Shown: one piece after another, positions 9,505 through 16,449 of the stretch | How positions within the stretch are numbered: the first letter of the stretch is position 1 | Layout: each line of letters starts with the position of its first letter | Origin: Eubacterium sp. | Lineage (GTDB): Bacteria > Bacillota > Clostridia > Oscillospirales > Acutalibacteraceae | Direction: 5' to 3' | DNA: 24,000 bases | Assembly: GCA_015655975.1 (NCBI GenBank) | Contig: DVEP01000035.1 | Location: 45,157 to 69,156, forward strand | Made by a program: the position numbers and the translations under genes | Notes under the pieces: model-generated | Told to the model about the DNA's origin: nothing | The model's input: the letters and a program-made list of their open reading frames with translations, nothing else | Database searches by the model: none

Positions 9505-10377
9505 TCAGTATGTTAAACAGTTTGTGGTAATGGTTGTTACGCCCCATGAAATGAGTCTGTTCATTGTTTCTTCATCGTCAATCGTCCACGCGCCGAGTGC
9601 CAAGCCCTCGTCAGCGCACTTTTGCACAATTTCTTTTGTATTTTCTTCTCTGTTGCCGTCGAAGTCTATTCCTGCGTTTTTGCCCAGAGTTTTTGCCTCT
9701 GCTATTTTCTCGTCATCAATTTCTTTGACAAGGTACCAAAGCGGACAAACATCTGTAAGTTCAAGAATTTTCTGCAAATTTTCAAGGTGGAAAGAGATGA
9801 AATATGTTTCGCTTTCAAGACCTTTTTCTTTTACAGCGTTTACAATTTCATCGTAGTGTTCCGTGTTGTTCTTGCCTTTTAGTTCGATAATAGGCTTCAT
9901 ATTGTATTTTTTGCAAATTTCCAAATATTCATCAAGCGTGGTTAATTTTAAATCGGGATACTTGTCGATATTTGAACCGGCATCAACGGTAAATTCCTGC
10001 AATTCTTCAAATGTTTTTTTCTCGATAAATGCGCTTTTATCCATCATTCTGTATGTGTGAATATCATGAGTTATGACCCAAACGCCGTCAAGAGTTCTGT
10101 AAACATCGCACTCTGCACCCCAAAACTTAGCTTTACCTGCCTCTTCAAATGCAGGAGCTGAGTTTTCAGGCGCCATTGCACTGAAACCACGGTGCGCAAT
10201 CAAATTTATATCATTTTGAGTTTCACTTATAGATGTGATTTCATACTCCTTCGGTTTACAATACAGATGAAGCGCAACACTTCCGCCCACTATCGCAACT
10301 ATGAGCAAAAATGCGATGACAGACGCTATAACGATTGCTGCTATTTTACCCTTTGAAAGTTTTTTCTTCTCGGACAT
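9505..10377 (-). CDS. Membrane-anchored glycerophosphodiester phosphodiesterase family protein (GDPD domain)
   Basis: N-terminal TM anchor. GDPD motif IAHRGFSAMAPENSAPAF...ECDV...THD. AGGAGG SD present. Confidence 0.85.
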   Translation of the reverse strand: MSEKKKLSKGKIAAIVIASVIAFLLIVAIVGGSVALHLYCKPKEYEITSISETQNDINLIAHRGFSAMAPENSAPAFEEAGKAKFWGAECDVYRTLDGVWVITHDIHTYRMMDKSAFIEKKTFEELQEFTVDAGSNIDKYPDLKLTTLDEYLEICKKYNMKPIIELKGKNNTEHYDEIVNAVKEKGLESETYFISFHLENLQKILELTDVCPLWYLVKEIDDEKIAEAKTLGKNAGIDFDGNREENTKEIVQKCADEGLALGAWTIDDEETMNRLISWGVTTITTNCLTY

Positions 10378-10486
10378 ATTAAAACCTCCTTTTAAATATC
10401 TGCAATAAAAAGTTTTAAATTATAAAAAATAACTAAAATTTCAAGCAGAATATTGCAATATTATATTTAATTTTAATATATCACAT

Positions 10487-12316
10487 TCACAATTCAAATT
10501 CAACATTATATTCCTTAATAAAATAATAAATTTGAATAATATAGGCAAGGATTTGAGGACCTTTCATAAGTTGACCGTACCACGGTTCCTTTATGCAGTC
10601 GGGGTTTTCCATCAAAGAATTTACTGTTTCAATATTTATCATATCGAACAACACAGAAGACTTATCCTGCAAAATTTCTTTTGTCATATCACAAACAGTA
10701 TTGAAGAAAATAGGATTGTGCGTTTTGGGGTACGGACTTTTTTTGCGCCAAGCAATATCGTACGGCAATTCGTTTTCAAAAGCCTTTCTGACTATTCCCT
10801 TTTCTCTCGTGTACAGCGACTTAAACTCCCAAGGCATATTGTACGCATACTCTACAAGACGAGTATCACAAAACGGCACGCGTATTTCCAGAGAACTTTC
10901 CATACTCATAGTATCTTTTCGCATAAGAAGCGTTTGCATAAACCAATTCAAGTTCAGCATAAACATCTCTCTCATTCGTCTGTCAAGAGAAGTATCGGTG
11001 TCGAGAAAATCTGTTTCATTTACTGTTTGCAGATATTTTTCATGCACATATTCCTCTGTATTTGTCAAAACTCCTTTTTTTAGAATTTTCTGACGCACAT
11101 TTGTACTTCTTGACCACGGAAAAGTTTCTTCAAACAGAATATCTTTGTTATGATACCACGGATACCCTCCGAATATCTCGTCTGCACACTCTCCCGACAG
11201 ACAAACTTTGTAGTCTTTTTTGACTTCTTTGCAGAAAAGCAAAAGACTTGAGTCAACATCGGCAAAAGCAGGGTATCCTTTCGCAACAGCGCTGTCAATC
11301 AAAGCTTTCGCCACGCTTTTGTTGTCGAGAACTATATTTTTGTGGTTTGAGCCTATATTGTCTGATATTAAATCAATAAAATCGGAGTCCTTGTTTGGTT
11401 GAAAACTGCTTTTTTGAAAATATTTATCATTTTCAGCGTAGTCAACGGAGTATGTCGATAGAGTTTTGCCCTGCTTTTTCAACTCATCACTCATCACTTT
11501 GCAAATGATTGACGAATCAAGACCGCCTGACAAAAATGCGCAAAGGTCAACATCACTGACCATTTGTCTTTTTATTGAGTCTCTGACAAGAAAATGTGTG
11601 TGTTCTATTGTGTCGCTCAAATCTTCGCCGTGTGGCTTTGCTTTTAAAGACCAATATTTTTTTATTGTAAGTTCGTTGTTTTTAAACTTCAAAAAGTGAG
11701 ACGGTTTTAATTGACGAATATTTTTGAACACCGTTTTATCAGGAGAAAAAGCAGGCCCGAGCATAAACATTTCCATAAGCCCCGTTTCATCTACAACAGG
11801 CTTGATTTGAGGGAATTTTAAAAGCGACGGCACACGGCTTGCAAAAGCAAAAGTATCGTCGGAAAAATAGTAGTAAAACGGCTTTACTCCCATTTTGTCA
11901 CGCACTGCGTAAAGTTCATTTTCTTCTTTATCGTAAATTGCAAACGCGAAAATTCCGTTGAGTTTTTCAAACGATTTTTCTTTCCACACTGCAAACGACT
12001 TTAAAACAACTTCGGTGTCGCTGTGAGTGTCAAAGTTTTCCCCGAGCGCCGTAAGTTCCTTTCTCAGTTCTTCCGTGTTGTATATTTCTCCGTTGTAAGT
12101 AATGACATATTTACCGAAGTGCATTGGCTGTTTACCGTTTTCAATATCAACTATTGCAAGACGGCGGTGAAGCAATGCCGTGTTTTCGGTAATGTACTCT
12201 CCGTGTTCGTCAGGACCGCGCATTTTCAAAGTTTCGCTTACCTGCTCCAATATATTTCTTTGGCTTTCATCTTTCAAATTAATGCTTGAATTGAGTATTC
12301 CCGCAATTCCGCACAT
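10487..12316 (-). CDS. asnB: Asparagine synthase (glutamine-hydrolysing)
   Basis: N-terminal Ntn nucleophile MCGIAG and PP-loop SGGLDSS. The six-frame ORF opens at GTG 12325, but the GAGGTGA SD is positioned for ATG 12316, which gives the obligatory Met-Cys start. Confidence 0.92.
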   Translation of the reverse strand: MCGIAGILNSSINLKDESQRNILEQVSETLKMRGPDEHGEYITENTALLHRRLAIVDIENGKQPMHFGKYVITYNGEIYNTEELRKELTALGENFDTHSDTEVVLKSFAVWKEKSFEKLNGIFAFAIYDKEENELYAVRDKMGVKPFYYYFSDDTFAFASRVPSLLKFPQIKPVVDETGLMEMFMLGPAFSPDKTVFKNIRQLKPSHFLKFKNNELTIKKYWSLKAKPHGEDLSDTIEHTHFLVRDSIKRQMVSDVDLCAFLSGGLDSSIICKVMSDELKKQGKTLSTYSVDYAENDKYFQKSSFQPNKDSDFIDLISDNIGSNHKNIVLDNKSVAKALIDSAVAKGYPAFADVDSSLLLFCKEVKKDYKVCLSGECADEIFGGYPWYHNKDILFEETFPWSRSTNVRQKILKKGVLTNTEEYVHEKYLQTVNETDFLDTDTSLDRRMREMFMLNLNWFMQTLLMRKDTMSMESSLEIRVPFCDTRLVEYAYNMPWEFKSLYTREKGIVRKAFENELPYDIAWRKKSPYPKTHNPIFFNTVCDMTKEILQDKSSVLFDMINIETVNSLMENPDCIKEPWYGQLMKGPQILAYIIQIYYFIKEYNVEFEL

Positions 12317-12365
12317 AAATATCACCTCTGTATAGTTTATGCAGCAAAATCAAAATGTTACTAAC

Positions 12366-12396
12366 TGAAAAAGTACGACAAATTTTGCCGTACTTT
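12366..12396 (-). terminator. Rho-independent terminator of rfbB
   Basis: On the minus strand, an 8-bp stem aaagtacg / cgtacttt is followed by a T-run. It begins at the rfbB stop codon. Confidence 0.5.
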
Positions 12397-13417
12397 AAAA
12401 TCTGCTGCCGTATATTTTATTGAAGTAATTTTCATATTCTTTCGTAACAATACTGTATGTCCATTTTTCATTTTGAATATACCATTCAATAGTTTTTTCA
12501 AGCCCGTCGGAAAAATCTGTTTCGGCACGCCAGCCTAATTCCTGTTGTATCTTGCTTGAATTTACGGCATATCTAAGGTCGTGTCCCGGTCTGTCTTTAA
12601 CAAATGAAATAAGACTTTTCGGCTTTTTTAGTTTTTCTAAAACAGTGCTTACAATTTCTAAATTTGACCTTTCGTTGTTGGCGCCGATATTGTATATTTC
12701 TCCTGCTCTGCCTGACCTGATGATTTTGTCAATTGCATTGCAATGGTCTTCTGCAAATATCCAGTCGCGCACATTTTCGCCTTTGCTGTATATCGGAATT
12801 TGCTCGTTACTCATTGCTCGCATAATAATCAAAGGAATTAGTTTTTCAGGAAATTGATACGGACCGTAATTGTTTGAACAACGGCTGACGGATACAGGCA
12901 AGCCAAATGTTTTGTGATACGACATTACAAGTAAATCGGCAGACGCTTTTGACGCCGAATACGGACTTGACGCGCAAAGAGGAGTCTCTTCCGTGAACAA
13001 AAGGTCTTTTCTGTCAAGCGGAAGTTCTCCGTAAACTTCGTCCGTTGAAATTTGATGAAATCGTTTTATGCCGTACTTTTTACACGCTTCAAGCAAAATC
13101 TGAGTACCGATAACATTTGTTTTAAAAAACAATGTCGGCTCGCTGATACTTCTGTCAACATGACTTTCTGCCGCAAAATTTACGACAATGTCGATTTTCT
13201 CGCTTTCAAAAATATTTTCAACACATTTTTCGTCGCAAATATCTCCCCTGTAAAACTCGAAGTTTTTGTTTTTTAAAGCATTTTCAAGGGTAGATAAATT
13301 CCCTGCGTATGTCAATTTGTCCAAACATATAATTTTGTCTTTTCTGTGATTTTCAAGTTCGTAGTATATAAAATTTGAGCCGATAAATCCTGCTCCGCCT
13401 GTTACAAGTATGTTCAT
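12395..13417 (-). CDS. rfbB: dTDP-glucose 4,6-dehydratase
   Basis: SDR-extended fold with MNILVTGGAGFIGSNF, catalytic YSASK, and a typical RfbB C-terminus (DRPGHDLRYA). An AAGGTG SD sits 6 nt before ATG 13417. The longer ORF reaching 13477 adds 20 non-conserved residues. Confidence 0.9.
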   Translation of the reverse strand: MNILVTGGAGFIGSNFIYYELENHRKDKIICLDKLTYAGNLSTLENALKNKNFEFYRGDICDEKCVENIFESEKIDIVVNFAAESHVDRSISEPTLFFKTNVIGTQILLEACKKYGIKRFHQISTDEVYGELPLDRKDLLFTEETPLCASSPYSASKASADLLVMSYHKTFGLPVSVSRCSNNYGPYQFPEKLIPLIIMRAMSNEQIPIYSKGENVRDWIFAEDHCNAIDKIIRSGRAGEIYNIGANNERSNLEIVSTVLEKLKKPKSLISFVKDRPGHDLRYAVNSSKIQQELGWRAETDFSDGLEKTIEWYIQNEKWTYSIVTKEYENYFNKIYGSRF

Positions 13418-13496
13418 AAAAGCACCTTTATATTTCTGTATTACTGAAATTATATCACTCAAACATTTTTTATTCAATATTTAAGGATTGTAAAGC

Positions 13497-13531
13497 AAAA
13501 AATTAAAGCCGGAACGCAAAGTTCCGACTTT
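13497..13531 (-). terminator. Rho-independent terminator of the SASP gene
   Basis: On the minus strand, an 11-bp stem aaagtcggaac / gttccggcttt (one G-U pair) is followed by aatttttt. Confidence 0.6.
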
Positions 13532-13579
13532 AAGCAGAATTTTAGTTTTCTGCATTTTCAATAAAAATCACATTTTGGC

Positions 13580-13771
13580 TTATTTCATTGATTCTTCGTA
13601 GGCCTTAATCATTTTCTTAACCATCTGACCGCCGACAGAACCGGCTTGTTTAGATGTGAGGTCGCCGTTGTAACCTTGTTTAAGGTTTACGCCGACTTCC
13701 TGAGCAGCTTCCATCTTAAATCTGTTGAGAGCTTCTTTAGCCTCCGGAACTACGCTTTTGTTACTTGCCAT
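13580..13771 (-). CDS. Alpha/beta-type small acid-soluble spore protein
   Basis: 63 aa. The conserved SASP blocks EALNRFKMEAAQEVGV and LTSKQAGSVGGQMVKKMI are present. An AAGGAG SD is positioned for ATG 13771; the six-frame ORF begins at GTG 13780. Confidence 0.9.
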   Translation of the reverse strand: MASNKSVVPEAKEALNRFKMEAAQEVGVNLKQGYNGDLTSKQAGSVGGQMVKKMIKAYEESMK

Positions 13772-14089
13772 TGTGAACACTCCTTTTCATTTCTTTTTGC
13801 GTTTGCAAAAGTATTGTTTGTTGAAATACGCAAAATACAAATGAAAAATTTTGACAATAAAAAAGCAGAAATTGTAAATGTATCAACACCGTTTTTTATC
13901 AGTTTCTAAGTATTTAAAAATTAATCTGTTGAATATATCAATAATTATAAATTCATAAAATTCGTATATTACTTTATCATCGAAAGTAAACGATACAGTG
14001 TACATAAAACAGGACGCTGTTTTTATTTTTGTTGAAATAAAAACATCAGTATGATATGCTCAAATCAGAATATGAAAGGAGTTGGTCAT

Positions 14090-14785
14090 TTGTCATACTA
14101 TATAAACAAAAACAGTGGAATTATTCACAAAAATACTTGTTCATATTCAAAAAGAACGCTTGAAAATAATTCTTTATATGTAACTTCTGTTTTCGACGAG
14201 TTAAACAACGGACACCGTTTTTGTAAATGCTGTTGTAAAAACAATATTATTGAAAATTTCACGGAATTGATGAAAGAAAATAATATTGTATATCAGTTGA
14301 GTGATGACGGCAGTACAGAAATAGAAACTCCTGTAAGTAAATGGAAAATAGTATATTATGGAGATAAACCTGTTCTGTATCATAAAAATGACTACTATAT
14401 CCAAAGTACAGTTTCTAAAATTGAAGGCTATCATTATCAAACAAATAAATTAAAAAATATTCACAGTATATTAAACTATATTATTTGCCACGATGATTAC
14501 AGAAAAACGCACAACATTAACTATGATTCTGTAAAAACAGGAAGATTCAGTGTGAATATCGACCCTTATATTTTAAGGCATATTAAAGCACCTTTTCCAA
14601 AAAGCGAACGAGTTAAACGATTGGAAAGTTACAGAAAAGAAAATCCAAATCCCCAAAATTTCAGCAAAAACAGTAAAAAAGGTAAAAAGAAACATTTAAA
14701 ACAAAAGCGTAATGCAATAAAACTTGCAAACAATAACAACTTTGAAAGAGTCGCTTTTCTTCTTGATTTGATTGCCGTAAAATAA
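14090..14785 (+). CDS. Hypothetical protein with a Cys/His-rich N-terminus and a lysine-rich C-terminal tail; no family recognised
   Basis: The ORF is open from ATG 14051. The only good SD (AAAGGAG, 14075-14081) lies 8 nt before TTG 14090; ATG 14072 and ATG 14051 are alternatives. The N-terminus IIHKNTCSYS...NGHRFCKCCC resembles the short YH-x3-C...C-x2-C Ada-like zinc motif. The tail is KNSKKGKKKHLKQKR. Confidence 0.55.
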   Translation: MSYYINKNSGIIHKNTCSYSKRTLENNSLYVTSVFDELNNGHRFCKCCCKNNIIENFTELMKENNIVYQLSDDGSTEIETPVSKWKIVYYGDKPVLYHKNDYYIQSTVSKIEGYHYQTNKLKNIHSILNYIICHDDYRKTHNINYDSVKTGRFSVNIDPYILRHIKAPFPKSERVKRLESYRKENPNPQNFSKNSKKGKKKHLKQKRNAIKLANNNNFERVAFLLDLIAVK

Positions 14786-14841
14786 TGAATTTCATAAAAT
14801 AGCTTGCCGTCTGCATATTTAAAATCTGCACCAAAAGTTTG

Positions 14842-14877
14842 TTTTTGCTTTATAAATTATTTTTAATATGGCATAAT
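14842..14877 (+). repeat. Decayed terminal CRISPR repeat (24/36 identity) that retains an extended -10 box
   Basis: tttttgctttataaattatttttaatatggcataat matches the repeat consensus at 24 of 36 positions. It ends exactly 30 nt, one spacer length, before the first intact repeat. It keeps TGGCATAAT at 14869-14877. Confidence 0.5.
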
Positions 14878-14907
14878 TATCCGTTTTAATTTTAATATTG
14901 TTAATAG

Positions 14908-15140
14908 ATTGTAGTTTCCTAATTATTCTTGGTATGGTATAATAGTGTAGCTATTGCTTTCGGGGTCAATAGTATTGTAGTTCCCTAATTATTCTTGGTA
15001 TGGTATAATGGAAATCGCAAAATATGCACAAGCATATTAATTGTAGTTCCCTAATTATTCTTGGTATGGTATAATTTCTTTGAACCTCATTATCAGGAAG
15101 ATACATTGTAGTTCCCTAATTATTCTTGGTATGGTATAAT
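14908..15140 (+). CRISPR. Type II-C CRISPR array: four 36-nt repeats, three spacers (30, 30 and 29 nt), crRNA sense on the plus strand
   Basis: Repeat ATTGTAGTTCCCTAATTATTCTTGGTATGGTATAAT occurs at 14908-14943 (C-to-T at 14917), 14974-15009, 15040-15075 and 15105-15140. Orientation is set by complementarity to the minus-strand tracrRNA anti-repeat. Each repeat ends in TGGTATAAT on the plus strand. Confidence 0.95.
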
Positions 15141-15198
15141 AGAAGAACGAATAATTAAGGAACAGAGCCAAATTCAAGAATTTTTAGTGAAATAAAAA

Positions 15199-15240
15199 AG
15201 AGAAAACATAGGTAATTTTCACCCATGTTTTCTCTTTTTT
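15199..15240. terminator. Bidirectional terminator shared by cas2 (minus) and the CRISPR array (plus)
   Basis: Perfect 11-bp stem: agagaaaacat (15199-15209) pairs with atgttttctct (15225-15235). An A-run lies on the left and a T-run on the right. It overlaps the cas2 stop codon. Confidence 0.75.
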
Positions 15241-15565
15241 ACAACAATGTCAGTTGTTCAAAAGACTCCGAAACATCACACTGCTTGTATTCTCCAAGCA
15301 ATATTTCTATTGACTCATATTGCTTTTCAGTAATTGTCAGCAATCTTACAGAGCCGTTTTGAGGCAAATTTTGTTTCAGTCTGTTTGTATGCGCCTTAAC
15401 AGAATCATATCCGTTGCAGACTCGAGCATATACGGAGTATTGAACCATTAGATACCCGTCTTTCAAAAGGAAGTTCCTAAACCTCGAAGCAGCTTTTTGT
15501 TCTGATTTTTCCTTTACAGGTAAATCAAAAAATACAATCATTCTCATAAACTTAGTCATAATCAA
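15239..15565 (-). CDS. cas2: CRISPR-associated endoribonuclease Cas2 (type II)
   Basis: About 100 aa. MRMIVFFDLPV...FRNFLLKDGYLMVQYSVYARV...LLTITEKQ is typical of type II Cas2. It overlaps the cas1 stop. The start is ambiguous among four in-frame ATGs at 15565, 15559, 15547 and 15541. Confidence 0.9.
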   Translation of the reverse strand: MIMTKFMRMIVFFDLPVKEKSEQKAASRFRNFLLKDGYLMVQYSVYARVCNGYDSVKAHTNRLKQNLPQNGSVRLLTITEKQYESIEILLGEYKQCDVSESFEQLTLL

Positions 15566-16448
15566 AATATGTCGTTTTAACTATCTTTGGCAACTTCAAA
15601 TTTACGGTTTCTTCTTCAAATGAAGTTACAAGACTTTGAATCAAAACCTCGATTGCTTTTGTCAAAGACCAGCGTTCATTATTTACAGTTACAACACTGT
15701 TCAAAAGTTTTTGAAGCTCTGCTTTTTGATATGTGTCAAAAGAGTTTTCCCAACTATCATAGTTTTGAGCAACAAAAACATCCACAACAGGTCTGAAAGG
15801 CTCAATCAAATCGTCTGCCAAATTAAACGAGTTCAGTTGATTTTTATGATGAACTCCCAAAGCCGGTTCTAAACCATAGCAAACCAAACTTTTTGCAATA
15901 AAAGACCTGATTACAGCGTATCCGTAATTGAGTGCTGAATTTATAACGCAGTCTCGGTCTCTTGTAAAATCGTTACCAAACAACAATTTAAAATATACAG
16001 ACGCAGCATAGCCCTCTCGATTATTTGTATCGCCTGATTGCACACTTTTTGAAATTGCAATCAATTTTCCATTGTCAATATTATTTATCTTCAGACACTC
16101 AGCCTGATTTTCTATTTTTCGTACCACTATCTGTTGCCAAATCCGTTTTAATTTTGGTTTAGATTGTGATATTTGCAACTCTATTCTCTTCAAAGAGCGA
16201 CAATATGACCCTATGGGAACAAGACTTGCACTCGGCGTATGCTTTTCATCACAAAGAATCAAGCATACGCCTTGTTCACTCAAATACGAAACTAATTTAG
16301 CGCTGAGCGTTGTTCTCGGATTGTCAACAACAATGCTTTTAATATCTTCAATCGGAAAAGAAAACTCGTTTCCGTTAAAAACAATCAACTGGTTGTTTTT
16401 AAGTCTCATTTTTGCTTCATTTGCAATAAAAATATTTCTGTACGGCAT
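15552..16448 (-). CDS. cas1: CRISPR-associated integrase Cas1 (type II)
   Basis: 298 aa with a type II Cas1-like sequence (NALNYGYAVIRS, GLEPALGVHH, DLIEPFRPVVD). The ATG lies 1 nt after the cas9 stop. Confidence 0.93.
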   Translation of the reverse strand: MPYRNIFIANEAKMRLKNNQLIVFNGNEFSFPIEDIKSIVVDNPRTTLSAKLVSYLSEQGVCLILCDEKHTPSASLVPIGSYCRSLKRIELQISQSKPKLKRIWQQIVVRKIENQAECLKINNIDNGKLIAISKSVQSGDTNNREGYAASVYFKLLFGNDFTRDRDCVINSALNYGYAVIRSFIAKSLVCYGLEPALGVHHKNQLNSFNLADDLIEPFRPVVDVFVAQNYDSWENSFDTYQKAELQKLLNSVVTVNNERWSLTKAIEVLIQSLVTSFEEETVNLKLPKIVKTTYFDYD

Positions 16449-16449
16449 A

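Noticed and set aside
13782-13860. Forespore sigma-G-type promoter expected upstream of the SASP gene. The candidate is GTATT-17-CAATACT on the minus strand.
   Set aside because: It matches the GnATR / CATnnTA consensus only loosely, and I could not place it confidently. I left it unannotated.
14006-14030. Orphan terminator-like hairpin aaaacag-gacg-ctgtttt followed by ttattttt, with no upstream plus-strand gene.
   Set aside because: The stem is only 7 bp with two G-C pairs, and no convincing promoter or gene feeds it. It could be noise or a remnant.
14771-14806. A possible sixth, even more decayed repeat further from cas2; it begins with attg.
   Set aside because: It matches the consensus at only about 14 of 36 positions. 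The spacing to the next unit would be 35 nt rather than 30. It lies in the 3' end of the orphan CDS. This is indistinguishable from chance in AT-rich sequence.
14944-15104. Self-targeting: spacers matching elsewhere in this window.
   Set aside because: Scanning by eye found no match of the three or four spacers to other parts of the 24 kb. This is not exhaustive, and the rest of the genome cannot be assessed here.
15141-15175. Similarity between the sequence flanking the last array repeat (aagaac...aggaac...aaattcaag) and the flank of the tracr anti-repeat (aagaac...aggaac, cttgaattt). This hints that the tracr locus arose by duplicating repeat plus leader.
   Set aside because: The matches are only 6-9 nt, need different gap lengths (9 vs 16 nt), and one is in inverted orientation. 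That is too weak to claim without an alignment statistic or comparative data.
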